This document shows, piece after piece, positions 12,863-22,780 of a stretch of DNA of 64,000 nt. Origin of the DNA: a virus; the IMG/VR virus record IMGVR_UViG_3300017917_003859, positions 91,028 through 155,027 of that record, one strand, 5' to 3'. The translations under genes and the position numbers were made by a program. Positions within the stretch are counted from its first letter, which is position 1; every line of letters begins with the position of its first letter. The notes beneath the pieces were generated by a model that worked only from the letters and a program-made list of their open reading frames with translations, was not told the DNA's origin and did no database searches.

Positions 12863-14314
12863 ATGAATTCAAGTTTTGCTTACTTACCTCCCAAAGAGAG
12901 GAAAAAAATCCTTCTAATATGTGATGACCTCAGAGCATATTCAGGAGTAGCAACAGTAGCTAAAGAAATTGTATTAGGAACAGCTCAACATTTCAATTGG
13001 GTAAATATTGCAGGAGCAATGAATCATCCTGATAAAGGGAAAAAATTTGATTTATCCCAAGATATTAACAATCATACAAATATTACAGATTCTTCTGTGG
13101 TAATTTATCCTGTAGATGGTTATGGAGATACAATGTTTATTAGACAAATGATTCAATTAGAAAAACCAGATGCTGTATTTTTAATTACTGATCCTAGGTA
13201 TTTTACTTGGTTATTTAATATTGAAAACGAAATTCGCAAACAAATTCCTATTATTTATTTAAATATTTGGGATAGTCCATATCCATATCCTTTATGGAAT
13301 AAAGTATTTTATGAATCATGTGATGCTTTATTGGCGATTTCTAAACAAACCAAAAATATCAATGAAGTTGTTTTAAATGAAAAAGCTAAATCAAAAATAA
13401 TAAAATATGTTCCTCATGGATTAAATGATAAAACATTTTTCCCTATTGATCCTTCTTATGAAAAATATACTGAGTTTAAGAAATTTAAGTCAGATTTATT
13501 TAAAGGTAAAGAATATGATTTTGTGTTGTTTTTTAATTCTAGAAACATTCGTAGAAAACAAATTCCAGATACTTTACTAGCATTTAGAATGTTCTTAGAT
13601 ACATTACCTAAAGAACAAGCAGATAAATGTTGCATTTTATTACATACAGATTTAGTTAGTGAACATGGAACTGATTTACCTGCAGTAACTAATTATTTAT
13701 TTGATAAATATAGAAACAATATAATTTACCATACTCAAGGATTAGCTCCAGAACAAATGAATTGGCTATATAATTGTTCAGATGGACAAATACTAATTAC
13801 AGACAATGAAGGATGGGGATTAAGTTTAACTGAAGCCTTATTAGCTGGGAAGCCAATTATAGCAAATGTTCAAGGAGGAATGCAAGATCAGATGCGATTT
13901 GAAAATGAAAAAGGTGAATGGATTAATTTTAATTTAGATTTTCCTTCAAACCATAGAGGTACCTATAAAAAACATGGTAGTTGGGCTTTTCCAGTTTATC
14001 CAGCAAGTATTTCAATTCAAGGCTCTCCTCAAACCCCATACATAAGTGCTGATAGAGTTAAACCAGAAGAAGCTGCAGAACAAATATCTGCATTATATAA
14101 TATTCCTAAAGATATTAGAAAACAAATAGGATTAGAGGGAAGAAAATGGGCTACAAGTGATGAAGCAGGTTTTACAACTCAACATCAAGCAAAAAGAATA
14201 ATTGAAGCTTTAGATGAATTGTTTGAAACTTGGGAACCTAGAGAAATTTATGAACTTATAAATGCAACAGAGTATACTCCTGATGTAACTCGTGATCACA
14301 AATTAATTTATTAA
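12863..14314 (+). CDS. GT-B (GT4-like) glycosyltransferase
   Basis: RNIRRK, EGWGLSLTEA. Confidence 0.88.
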   Translation: MNSSFAYLPPKERKKILLICDDLRAYSGVATVAKEIVLGTAQHFNWVNIAGAMNHPDKGKKFDLSQDINNHTNITDSSVVIYPVDGYGDTMFIRQMIQLEKPDAVFLITDPRYFTWLFNIENEIRKQIPIIYLNIWDSPYPYPLWNKVFYESCDALLAISKQTKNINEVVLNEKAKSKIIKYVPHGLNDKTFFPIDPSYEKYTEFKKFKSDLFKGKEYDFVLFFNSRNIRRKQIPDTLLAFRMFLDTLPKEQADKCCILLHTDLVSEHGTDLPAVTNYLFDKYRNNIIYHTQGLAPEQMNWLYNCSDGQILITDNEGWGLSLTEALLAGKPIIANVQGGMQDQMRFENEKGEWINFNLDFPSNHRGTYKKHGSWAFPVYPASISIQGSPQTPYISADRVKPEEAAEQISALYNIPKDIRKQIGLEGRKWATSDEAGFTTQHQAKRIIEALDELFETWEPREIYELINATEYTPDVTRDHKLIY

Positions 14315-14325
14315 AAATAAAATCT

Positions 14326-15642
14326 ATGAATAAACCGTTATTTGTAATTAGTTGTGCCATCGACACATATAGTGGCTATGGGGCACGTTCTCGTGATATA
14401 GTAAAATCCATTATTGAATTAAAAAAAGATGAATGGGATATTAAAATAATGCCTCAACGTTGGGGTGACTGTAGTTGGGGTTTTATACAAGATAATCCTG
14501 AATGGGAATTCTTAACACAATATTTCCTTAATACTCCACAGTTAAATCAACAACCAGATATTTGGGCTCAAATTACAGTGCCTAATGAATTTCAACCTAT
14601 TGGAAAATACAATATAGGAATTACTGCGGGAATTGAAACCACAATTTGTGCCCCAGAATGGATTGAAGGAGTAAACCGAATGAATATTACTTGGGTTTCA
14701 TCAAACCATTCCAAAAAAGTATTTGAAGATACTAAATATAATAAACAAGATCCTCAAGGTAGAAATGTAGGAGTAGTACAATTAGAAAAACCAATTGAGG
14801 TAGTATTTGAGGGAGCAGATCTAAATAAATATAAATTATTAAGTGATGTTAAGTCAAGTGAAATTGATTTATCATCTATTAAAGAATCATTTTGTTATTT
14901 ATTTGTAGGCCACTGGATTAATTTAAATTCTCCATTAGGTGAAGATAGAAAAAATGTAGGTTTATTAATTAAAGCATTCTTTGAAACATTTAAAAATAAA
15001 CAAAATAAACCAGCATTAATTTTAAAAACATCAAGTGCTGTTAATTCATACATGGATAGGGATGCTATATTAAAAAACATACATGCTATTAAACAAACAG
15101 TAAACAGTACAAATTTACCTAATATTTATTTATTACATGGTGATTTTACTGATGCTGAAATGAATGAGCTTTATAATAATATTAAAGTAAAAGCTATGGT
15201 TTCATTAACTAAAGGAGAAGGTTTTGGTCGTCCATTACTTGAATTTAGTTTAGTTAAAAAACCTATTGTTACTACAAATTGGAGTGGACATATAGATTTC
15301 TTAAATAAAGCAAATGTTACTTTATTAGGTGGAGAATTAAAACCTGTGCACCCAGCAGTATCAAATCAATTTTTACTTAAAGAAAGTTCTTGGTTTAATG
15401 TAAATCCTGTAGAGGTTGGAGAAGCATTAATGGATGTTTATAAAAACTATGACAAATATCTACCAGGTGCTCGTAAACAAGGAGAACAAAATAAAGAGAA
15501 ATTTAGTTTTGATGCGATGAAGCAAGTTGTAAAAGAACAATTAGCTAAAGTACCTGAGTTTCCAAAACAAATTCAATTAAAATTGCCCTCTCTTCGTAAA
15601 ATTGAATTACCAAAACTTACTAAAATAGAAAACAATGATTAA
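14326..15642 (+). CDS. GT-B (GT4-like) glycosyltransferase
   Basis: SGYG, DRKN, GEGFGRPLLE. Confidence 0.88.
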   Translation: MNKPLFVISCAIDTYSGYGARSRDIVKSIIELKKDEWDIKIMPQRWGDCSWGFIQDNPEWEFLTQYFLNTPQLNQQPDIWAQITVPNEFQPIGKYNIGITAGIETTICAPEWIEGVNRMNITWVSSNHSKKVFEDTKYNKQDPQGRNVGVVQLEKPIEVVFEGADLNKYKLLSDVKSSEIDLSSIKESFCYLFVGHWINLNSPLGEDRKNVGLLIKAFFETFKNKQNKPALILKTSSAVNSYMDRDAILKNIHAIKQTVNSTNLPNIYLLHGDFTDAEMNELYNNIKVKAMVSLTKGEGFGRPLLEFSLVKKPIVTTNWSGHIDFLNKANVTLLGGELKPVHPAVSNQFLLKESSWFNVNPVEVGEALMDVYKNYDKYLPGARKQGEQNKEKFSFDAMKQVVKEQLAKVPEFPKQIQLKLPSLRKIELPKLTKIENND

Positions 15643-16183
15643 GCTAGTAGATTTACTTAAAGAAAATAGTGATAGTAAATACAAGTATGGATGTGTAATG
15701 TTATATTTTGATTTTCCCGAAATTAATAAAATACATGATGCTATCAACCCAAATGATATATATGAAGAAGATGGAGATAAAACTTTTGGATTAGAAGATG
15801 AACCCCATACAACTTTACTGTATGGTCTTCACCCTGAAGTTAGTTTAGATGAAGTTAAAAAAATATTAAATTCATACACTTATTATCCTTGTACTATCAA
15901 GAATGCTTCATTATTTAAAAATGAAAAATATGATGTATTAAAATTTGATGTTGAAGGAAAAAATTTACATGAAACTAATAATGATTTAAAACGATATCCA
16001 TTTACAAGTGATTACCCTGATTATCACCCCCACCTTACAATTGGATATATTAAACCTGGATTTGGAAAAAAGTATACTAAAATGTTAAAAGAGATAGAAT
16101 TCAAATTAATCCCCCAGTATGTAGTATATTCTCACCCAGATGGAACTAAAGATAAAATTAAAATAAAAGTAGAAAATTTGTAA
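15635..16183 (+). CDS. 2H phosphoesterase, Acb1/T4 gp57B-like, with MIKLVDLLKE leader
   Basis: Two HxT motifs (PHTTLLYG, PHLTIGY) about 74 aa apart. Confidence 0.75.
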   Translation: MIKLVDLLKENSDSKYKYGCVMLYFDFPEINKIHDAINPNDIYEEDGDKTFGLEDEPHTTLLYGLHPEVSLDEVKKILNSYTYYPCTIKNASLFKNEKYDVLKFDVEGKNLHETNNDLKRYPFTSDYPDYHPHLTIGYIKPGFGKKYTKMLKEIEFKLIPQYVVYSHPDGTKDKIKIKVENL

Positions 16184-16225
16184 TCTCTTTTGTGATCTTT
16201 ATCTTTTATTTAATATTTATAACCG

Positions 16226-16375
16226 ATGGGAAGAATTAAAAAATACCAAACACCTGAAGAAAAACAAAAAGCTAGGGCAAATGCTTCCAAAAAATATTAC
16301 TGGAAAAATAAAGAACAAGAAGATGAAAAAGCAAGACAACGATATAAAAATAACAAAAATATATCTCGTGACTAA
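16226..16375 (+). CDS. Small basic protein overlapping the endonuclease 5' end (49 aa, not in the track)
   Basis: MGRIKKYQTPEEKQKAR...; directly follows ATATTTATA at 16213-16221. Confidence 0.5.
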   Translation: MGRIKKYQTPEEKQKARANASKKYYWKNKEQEDEKARQRYKNNKNISRD

Positions 16376-16979
16376 CTGCTATGGAGATCCCAATAAAATT
16401 TATATAGGTAAAACAAAAGGATCAAGAAAAGCAGCTCATAAAAGAAAATTTGGAAAACAAATTGAATATACTTATATTGATGAAGTTTTAAGCTTAAATA
16501 AAATACATTGGAAACCATTAGAAACATTTTGGATCCAACAATTCAAACAGTGGGATTTTAAAATATTAAATGAAAATGAAGGTGGTGGAGGACCAGAATT
16601 TATATCTGAAGAAGTTAAAAGAAAAATTAGTATAAATAACACAGGAAAACCCAAATCAAAAGAACACTGTAATAAAATAAGTCAATCTAAAAAAGGATGT
16701 AAAGTATGGAGTAAAGGTAAAAAATTTTCAAAAGAACATTGTGAAAAAATAAGCAAAAATTCAGCAGGAAAATCAAAACCTTCATCTTCTTATTTAAATA
16801 ATCAACATAGTGCTAAATCTATTTTTCAATATGATTTAAATTTAAATTTTATTAAAGAATGGTCTAGTATTAAAAAAGCAGCTTTAGAACTAAATATAAC
16901 TCCTGAAGCAATTGGGAATTGTTTAAGAAAAGGAACAAATTCATCATCAGGAGGATTTAAATGGAAATATAAAAACTAA
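16281..16979 (+). mobile_element. Second GIY-YIG/NUMOD homing endonuclease, paralogue of 598..1320 (start uncertain)
   Basis: TKIYLVTNCYGDPNKIYIGKT, WKPLETFWIQQFKQW, SKEHC.KIS repeats, QYD..KEWSSI..GFKWKY. Confidence 0.8.
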
Positions 16980-16984
16980 ATAAA

Positions 16985-17443
16985 ATGAATGATAATCTAA
17001 TTATTTGCAACCACTGTAGTGGAGATTGTTGCTATGTAACAGAAAACTCCCCAGAAATAAAAACATACAGTTGTTTCTCCTGCGGATTTACAACAAACAC
17101 CTTAATGAAAGAAGGAGAACAATTTTATATAGAACAAACAGAAATTCTACCTGAACTTTATAAAGATGTAATGTATAAAGATAAAGATGGTTTGATTTGG
17201 ATGCCTACAACTATTAATGTTCCTGATAAAGGTATGGTATTTTACAATGGTACTAAAAAAGAAAATGCTAAATGGGCAGCTGTAAAAGCAGTAGAGGTAT
17301 TAGAAGAAGAAAAAGAAAAATACCCAATCAAAAACAAACCTGGAGAATACTATAAATTTAGAATGGATATGAGTACTATGAAACCATTTGAAATGAAAGA
17401 ATTCATGGATGCTCTTTCATATATTGAAATTCTACCAGAATAA
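16985..17443 (+). CDS. Hypothetical zinc-ribbon protein
   Basis: CNHC...CFSCG. Confidence 0.6.
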   Translation: MNDNLIICNHCSGDCCYVTENSPEIKTYSCFSCGFTTNTLMKEGEQFYIEQTEILPELYKDVMYKDKDGLIWMPTTINVPDKGMVFYNGTKKENAKWAAVKAVEVLEEEKEKYPIKNKPGEYYKFRMDMSTMKPFEMKEFMDALSYIEILPE

Positions 17444-17479
17444 TTTGGCTTACAAAATATAAATTCATACATTTAAAGT

Positions 17480-17821
17480 ATGAAATTAGCTATTATAGGT
17501 AGTCGTACTTTTAATGATTATAAATTGCTTCAAGAAATTCTTGAACAACATAAATCAAAAATAACTTTAGTAGTATCTGGTGCTGCTAAAGGAGCCGATT
17601 CATTAGGAGAAAAATGGGCGTTAGAAAATAATATTCAAACGCTCATTTTTCCTGCTGAGTGGGGTAAATATGGTAAAAGAGCAGGGTATATTAGAAATGA
17701 AGATATAATTAAAAATTGTGATTACTGTATTGCATTTTGGGATGGTGAAAGTAAAGGAACAAAACATTCTATTTCATTATGTAAAAAATATAGCAAACCC
17801 TGTCAAATAATAAAAATATGA
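17480..17821 (+). CDS. SLOG family (YspA/DUF2493-like) protein
   Basis: IIGSR, VSGAAKGAD, AGYIRN, AFWDGESKGT. Confidence 0.85.
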   Translation: MKLAIIGSRTFNDYKLLQEILEQHKSKITLVVSGAAKGADSLGEKWALENNIQTLIFPAEWGKYGKRAGYIRNEDIIKNCDYCIAFWDGESKGTKHSISLCKKYSKPCQIIKI

Positions 17822-18468
17822 AAATTAGTTATTGTATCACAGCATGTAATGAACATCTTGAATTAGAAAGATTACTTAGATTTCTTAAAAAACATATTAG
17901 AAAACAAGATGAAGTAATTATTCAATTAGACACTAATTATACAAGTGAAGTGTTAGAAGTATGCAATTTATTTACAGGGTTTAATCATCAAGAAAATTTA
18001 GTTGATGCAATTGAAAACAGTCAATTTTATATTTTTGCATTAGATAATAATTTTGCTCAATTCAAAAACCAACTGTCTAAATTTGCAACAGGTGATTATA
18101 TCTTTCAGTTAGATGCAGATGAATTACCTCATGAAGATTTAATTAAAATACTCTATATGTTACTAGAACAAAATTCAGAAGTGGATATGTTTTTAGTTCC
18201 TAGAGTAAACACAGTAGAAGGGCTTACTCAAGAACATATATTAAAATGGGGATGGAATGTTAATGAAAAAGGTTGGGTTAATTTTCCTGATTACCAAACC
18301 AGAATATATAAAAATATTCCTGAAATACATTGGATAGGAAAAGTACATGAAAGAATAAATGGTACTAAAACTTTTTCTCCATTACCCGCTGAAGAGGTTT
18401 GGTGTTTGTATCATCCAAAAAATATAGAAAAACAAGAAAAACAAAACAATTACTACGAGACAATATGA
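17818..18468 (+). CDS. GT2 glycosyltransferase
   Basis: ISY.IT.CNE, QLDADE, PDYQTR, VHE. Confidence 0.85.
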   Translation: MKISYCITACNEHLELERLLRFLKKHIRKQDEVIIQLDTNYTSEVLEVCNLFTGFNHQENLVDAIENSQFYIFALDNNFAQFKNQLSKFATGDYIFQLDADELPHEDLIKILYMLLEQNSEVDMFLVPRVNTVEGLTQEHILKWGWNVNEKGWVNFPDYQTRIYKNIPEIHWIGKVHERINGTKTFSPLPAEEVWCLYHPKNIEKQEKQNNYYETI

Positions 18469-18986
18469 AATTACATTTAGGTTGTGGAACTAAACATCTT
18501 GAAGGATACACTAATATAGATATTAGATACCTCCCAGGAGTAGATGAAGTGAATAATATTCGCTTTTTACGAAATTATAAAGAAAATTCAGTTGATGAAA
18601 TTTATGCTTGCCATGTTCTAGAACATTTTGGTAGGTGGGAATATAAAGAAGTACTTAAACGTTGGTTAGAGATTCTAAAACCAGAAGGAAAATTACGTTT
18701 AGCTATTCCTAATTTTCAATCAATTTGTACTTATTATACTAAAACTGGTGATTTAAATTCATTGATTGGACTACTTTATGGAGGCCAAGATTATGATGAA
18801 AATTACCACTATATCACTTTTGATTATTTAACTTTATCTAGAGATTTAAAAAACATTGGATACAAAACTATTGATATTTGGAATGCTGAAGATTATCAAG
18901 GAGATGATTTTAGTAAAGCATATCTTCCTCACATGGATAAAGAAAACGGAATATTAATGAGTTTAAATATATTAGCAATAAAATAA
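18465..18986 (+). CDS. SAM-dependent methyltransferase
   Basis: LHLGCG, HVLEH, LKPEG; start reassigned to 18465. Confidence 0.85.
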   Translation: MKLHLGCGTKHLEGYTNIDIRYLPGVDEVNNIRFLRNYKENSVDEIYACHVLEHFGRWEYKEVLKRWLEILKPEGKLRLAIPNFQSICTYYTKTGDLNSLIGLLYGGQDYDENYHYITFDYLTLSRDLKNIGYKTIDIWNAEDYQGDDFSKAYLPHMDKENGILMSLNILAIK

Positions 18987-18987
18987 C

Positions 18988-19545
18988 ATGGAACATTTTT
19001 ACAAAACATTAGGAGAAAATTGGTTTACATACCCAGAACTCTATACTTACATGGTAAATAAATTCCCAACAAATTCACATTTCGTTGAAGTAGGAACTTG
19101 GAAAGGAATGAGTGCAGCTTATATGGCTGTAGAAATCATCAATTCAGGAAAAAATATTAAATTCGATTGTATTGATACTTGGGATTTTGTAGATTCACAA
19201 AAAGAAATTACTCAAGAAATGTGTGAAGGATTATATGAAACATTTCTTAAAAATATAGAACCTGTAAAACATCAAATCAACCCAATTAAGGCTTTATCAT
19301 GGGATGGAGCTGCATTTTATAAAGATAATTCATTAGATTTTGTTTTCATTGATGCTGCTCATGATTATGAATCAGTAAAAAAAGATATTAATGCTTGGTT
19401 TCCTAAAGTTAAAAAAGGAGGAGTAATAGCAGGTCATGATTATACTTGGTGTGCTGATGTGCAAAAAGCAGTTAATGAATTTTTTAAAGGAAAAACAATT
19501 TATGAAACTGAAGGATGTTGGGCTTATTTTACTGAAGAAGAATAA
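18988..19545 (+). CDS. Class I SAM methyltransferase (Methyltransf_24-like)
   Basis: VEVGTWKG, FIDAAHDY, GHDY. Confidence 0.85.
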   Translation: MEHFYKTLGENWFTYPELYTYMVNKFPTNSHFVEVGTWKGMSAAYMAVEIINSGKNIKFDCIDTWDFVDSQKEITQEMCEGLYETFLKNIEPVKHQINPIKALSWDGAAFYKDNSLDFVFIDAAHDYESVKKDINAWFPKVKKGGVIAGHDYTWCADVQKAVNEFFKGKTIYETEGCWAYFTEEE

Positions 19546-20354
19546 TGAAAATATTTAGTAAATTTTTTAATCCAAAAACATTTGAAGAAAAATTACCACA
19601 TTTAAAACATGTAGATTTTTCTTTATTTGTAGATGAAGTTCCTCAAAAACAAGAAGATTTATCTTCAATTAATATAATGGTGCTAGCTGAACCAAATGAA
19701 TATTTTGGTTTACATGATTGGACTATACAAAATAAACACCTATTCTCAGTTATATTAACTTGGGATGATAAAATTTTAAATACTTGTGATAATTCATTAT
19801 TTTTCCCATTTGGTCAGACTTGGTTCAAACCTGAACAATATGAAAAAGAACATGAGAAAAAATTTGAAGTGGCACACTTATGTGGTGTTCTTTTAAAATC
19901 ATATGGACATCAAATGCGTCATGAAATTTTAGTAAGAGAAAACGAATTTAAAATACCTACAAATTTCTATAAAACAATAGGAGATAGACATAATGAAGAT
20001 GATGCTCGTATTGGTAAAGAAACGGTGTTTGGTAATTCAATGTTCGGGATAGTAATTGAGAATTTTTCACATAGAGGATATTTTAGTGAAAAAATATTAG
20101 ATTGTTTTTTAATGAAAACTATTCCTATATATTGGGGGTGTTCTAATATATATAATTATTTTTTTGAACCTGGATTTTTTAAATTTGAAAATGTTGATGA
20201 TTTAATATACCTTTCAAACAAATTTACCCCAGAGATATATGAATCAAGAAAAGATGCTATAGAACATAATTATAAATTAGCTCTTAATTATGTTAATTAT
20301 GAACAAAGTATTATAAATAAATTAGAAGAAATATTTAAATTAAATGGGTTATGA
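19545..20354 (+). CDS. GT10 (fucosyltransferase-like) glycosyltransferase
   Basis: IENF...YFSEKILDCF..TIPIYWG. Confidence 0.75.
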   Translation: MKIFSKFFNPKTFEEKLPHLKHVDFSLFVDEVPQKQEDLSSINIMVLAEPNEYFGLHDWTIQNKHLFSVILTWDDKILNTCDNSLFFPFGQTWFKPEQYEKEHEKKFEVAHLCGVLLKSYGHQMRHEILVRENEFKIPTNFYKTIGDRHNEDDARIGKETVFGNSMFGIVIENFSHRGYFSEKILDCFLMKTIPIYWGCSNIYNYFFEPGFFKFENVDDLIYLSNKFTPEIYESRKDAIEHNYKLALNYVNYEQSIINKLEEIFKLNGL

Positions 20355-21226
20355 TTCAAATAGTTATACACACTTTACCGCATGAAATAGATCAATTAGA
20401 ACAAACTTTAATTCGTTTAAAATATAATGCTAATTATTTAACTGATGAAAAAATATTAGTAGACGTTGTTTTAAATTGCAATTTAGTTGATTGGAACACT
20501 TCAATTATACCTAAATCATTTTTTATAAATAAATTTAATCAACTAGAACAATTAACCAAAACATGGGCCCAGACTAAATTTGAGATGAATGAAGATGGAA
20601 CTATTCAAGGATGTGTTTCTCATAGAAGAAAATCTATTAATGAAACAAATGCTGATGCTTTGCTTATTTTAGATACAGATATATTTTTTAATAATACATT
20701 ACTTTATCTTATATATAATGCAGTCGAACATTTAAAAAATGAAAATCCATATTTTATATTAACACCTCAAACTACCCCAATGTGGGATAATAGTTGGGAT
20801 CCAATTGTTAATGATAAATTTAAAGATGATGGTATTCATTTCCAAAATAGAGATCCATATAAATCATTTCAACCTCTTTCAGATAATGTTATGATCAAAC
20901 CTATAAATGGATTTAAATTTGGAGGAGGATGGGCTACAGTAATTAGTACCAAATTAGCTAAAAAAATAGGTGTACCTGAATCATTAGGACATTATGGGTT
21001 AGAAGATACATTTATAATGTATTGCTCTTATATGATGCAACAAAAAGGTTTAGGTGTGGTACAATATATTTTAGAAAATGAAGTAATAGTAGAAGATCAT
21101 TTATATAGATTTAATCCATATAAAGATTACCTAACTATAATTAATAAACAAGAAGAATTTAAAAAAATCGCCCATGAAAATTTTCAAGAAGAATTAATTA
21201 AATTTGGGAATTTATTAAATAAATAA
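20351..21226 (+). CDS. Putative GT-A glycosyltransferase
   Basis: LDTD (DxD), YGLED. Confidence 0.6.
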   Translation: MIQIVIHTLPHEIDQLEQTLIRLKYNANYLTDEKILVDVVLNCNLVDWNTSIIPKSFFINKFNQLEQLTKTWAQTKFEMNEDGTIQGCVSHRRKSINETNADALLILDTDIFFNNTLLYLIYNAVEHLKNENPYFILTPQTTPMWDNSWDPIVNDKFKDDGIHFQNRDPYKSFQPLSDNVMIKPINGFKFGGGWATVISTKLAKKIGVPESLGHYGLEDTFIMYCSYMMQQKGLGVVQYILENEVIVEDHLYRFNPYKDYLTIINKQEEFKKIAHENFQEELIKFGNLLNK

Positions 21227-21240
21227 TATATTTACTTTAT

Positions 21241-22131
21241 ATGAAACAATATAAAAAAATCTTTATAGCAGGAGCTAATGGAATGTTAGGTACTACTCTA
21301 CAAAATATTGTTAATACCAAAAATTTCTTACTCACAGATAAAGAAACATCAGAAAATATTAGTTGGTGTGATATTAGAGATCTACAATATACAACCAACC
21401 TAATTAAAGAATACCAACCAGACATAATCTTAAATTTTGCAGCATTAGTAGATTTAGAATATTGTGAAAAAAACCAAGACGATTGTTATTCAACAAATAC
21501 AATTGCTGCCATCCATTTATTTAATTTAGCTAAAGATTTAAATATTCCATACGTGTTTATAAGTACAGCAGGTATATTTGGTAATGATAAAGAATTTTAC
21601 ACGGAAGAAGACCAACCATACCCATTAAGTGCTTATGGCAAAAGTAAATATTTTACAGAACAGCTTTTACTAAATCAAAATTACCCTAAATATTGGATAT
21701 TCAGAGCAGGATGGATGATGGGTGGTGGGCCTGAAAAAGATAAGAAATTTGTTAATAAAATTATGAAACAAGTTAAATCTGGGGTTAAAGAACTATTTGT
21801 TGTAGATGATAAATTAGGAGTACCTACTTATACTAAAGATTTTGCTAGTTCAATTTTAAAACATATAGAAGAAGAATTACCTTATGGTTTATATAATATG
21901 GTAAGCCAAGGTGAAGCAAGTAGATATGATACTGCTGTTGCTATAAATGAATATCTTAATTTAGGATTAAAAATAAATAAAGTAGATAGTAACCACTTCA
22001 ATCAAGAATATTTTGCTCCACGCCCATACTCAGAAAAACTAATAAATAAATCATTAAATGATTTAGGACGAAATTATATGAGAGATTGGAAATTATGTTT
22101 ACATGAATATTTAAATGAATATTACAAATGA
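21241..22131 (+). CDS. dTDP-4-dehydrorhamnose reductase-like (RmlD family)
   Basis: GANGMLG, YGKSK, G.PTY, APRP. Confidence 0.85.
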   Translation: MKQYKKIFIAGANGMLGTTLQNIVNTKNFLLTDKETSENISWCDIRDLQYTTNLIKEYQPDIILNFAALVDLEYCEKNQDDCYSTNTIAAIHLFNLAKDLNIPYVFISTAGIFGNDKEFYTEEDQPYPLSAYGKSKYFTEQLLLNQNYPKYWIFRAGWMMGGGPEKDKKFVNKIMKQVKSGVKELFVVDDKLGVPTYTKDFASSILKHIEEELPYGLYNMVSQGEASRYDTAVAINEYLNLGLKINKVDSNHFNQEYFAPRPYSEKLINKSLNDLGRNYMRDWKLCLHEYLNEYYK

Positions 22132-22778
22132 AAAATGTTTACGATATAACAAATGAATTTGAAAAAAAATTAGGAGAATATACTGGAGCTCCATACGTAG
22201 TAACTTTAGATAACCAAAGTAATGCTTTATTTCTAGCATTATATTATGAACACTACATAACCAAAAATATAACCTCAGAGTATATTACTATCCCATCTAG
22301 AACTTATCCTTCAGTACCATGTGAAATTATTCATGCTGGTTTGAAAGTAAAATTTAGACAAGTAGAAGGTAAAACTATTAAAGGCGCTTATCAACTAGAA
22401 GGCTCAAATGTATGGGACTCAGCTCTATCCTTTACCACCAATATGTACAAACCAGAACAACACATGTGTATTAGTTTTACTGGACCTTATAAACATTTTA
22501 AATTAAGTAAAGGAGGAGCAATATTAACTGATAATTATGAAGCTTACCTATGGTTCAAAAGAGCTAGATATTCAGGAAGAAGAGAATGTTCATATCATGA
22601 TGATAATTTAGATATGTTGGGGTGGAATTTTTATATGATGCCTGAATTAGCAGCACGTGGATTATTATTAATGGGGCAATTTTATAATGGAGAAGGAAAA
22701 CCAAAACATAATGCTGATTTAGAATTACCATATCCAGACCTATCCAAATTTCCTGTCTATACAAATTTTAATAAATAA
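22128..22778 (+). CDS. Short DegT/DnrJ-family PLP sugar aminotransferase
   Basis: FEKKL, DSA, SFTGPYK..KGGAIL, GWNFYM; shorter than cellular homologues. Confidence 0.75.
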   Translation: MKNVYDITNEFEKKLGEYTGAPYVVTLDNQSNALFLALYYEHYITKNITSEYITIPSRTYPSVPCEIIHAGLKVKFRQVEGKTIKGAYQLEGSNVWDSALSFTTNMYKPEQHMCISFTGPYKHFKLSKGGAILTDNYEAYLWFKRARYSGRRECSYHDDNLDMLGWNFYMMPELAARGLLLMGQFYNGEGKPKHNADLELPYPDLSKFPVYTNFNK

Positions 22779-22780
22779 GT

